From: Utricularia gibba
Lineage: Eukaryota; Plantae; Magnoliophyta
Length of the DNA: 64,000 nucleotides
Direction: 5' to 3'
NCBI GenBank assembly: GCA_002189035.1
Contig: CM007990.1
Coordinates: forward strand, 4,154,001 to 4,218,000
How positions within the stretch are numbered: position 1 is the stretch's first letter; each line of letters opens with the position of its first letter. The notes beneath the pieces were generated by a model. The model made no database searches. It was given only the letters and a program-made list of their open reading frames with translations, and was not told the origin of the DNA. Shown here one piece after another: positions 63,670 through 64,000 of this stretch. The position numbers and the translations under genes were made by a program.

Positions 63670-64000
63670 GTGAAGGGTTTTATTTACATTCATGTGCCAA
63701 TTATGAGGTTTGGCATTTTCATATTTATTCTGTTTCCTCTGAGTGTCGTATATGTCACTGGAATCTGCAAATTGAATACTCTGTTGTCTATGACATTGCA
63801 TACCGCCGACATCCTTACTTTTCTTCAAGTGTAATGTGTCGCGTTCTGTTTTATGATGCCATGGTTCTGCGTCTCCCGATGAGATTGTTTTGGGTTGTTT
63901 TGTGATGCACCCACACTTTTAAGGCTTGTTTTTTTTCATTGACAATTAGAGTCAATTCAATTCGTCACTGTGAGTCTTAGAACATGTACAATTTTCCTGG

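Overview
Eukaryotic (eudicot plant) nuclear DNA, not prokaryotic: spliced genes with mostly ~70-100 nt introns, very AT-rich intergenic DNA, and 23 protein-coding genes in 64 kb (one per ~2.8 kb). This density suggests a miniature genome such as Lentibulariaceae, but that is inference only. Gene order: plastid DnaJ-type zinc-finger protein, plastid trigger factor, AIR1-like zinc-knuckle protein, TraB-like unknown protein, F-box/WD40 (FBX2-like), GAMYB with miR159 site, CDKC, GH17-X8 glucanase, CNX6, eEF1B, group-A bZIP, C2H2-EAR zinc finger, divergent LARP1, peptidase C45, AGO4-like, divergent calmodulin, an unrecognised small secreted Cys-repeat protein, CSN2, METTL21-like methyltransferase, GONST1-like transporter, kinase-only non-RD kinase, SHI/SRS factor, and the first exon of an RLD/PRAF gene. 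Mobile DNA: two hAT MITEs with 8-bp TSDs, a partial hAT copy and a Tourist-like MITE. Major caveat: about 11 frameshifts, most consistent with one base missing from a homopolymer, hit 8 genes including CSN2. They are most likely long-read assembly errors, and they hide the true ends of several proteins. Best leads: the 96-aa secreted protein with a periodic C-x6-C-x3-C repeat, a rare AT-AA U12-type intron, a LARP with a degenerate La motif, a calmodulin with 11 substitutions including G41W, and a hAT MITE upstream of AGO4. All family assignments come from recalled sequence knowledge; no searches were run.
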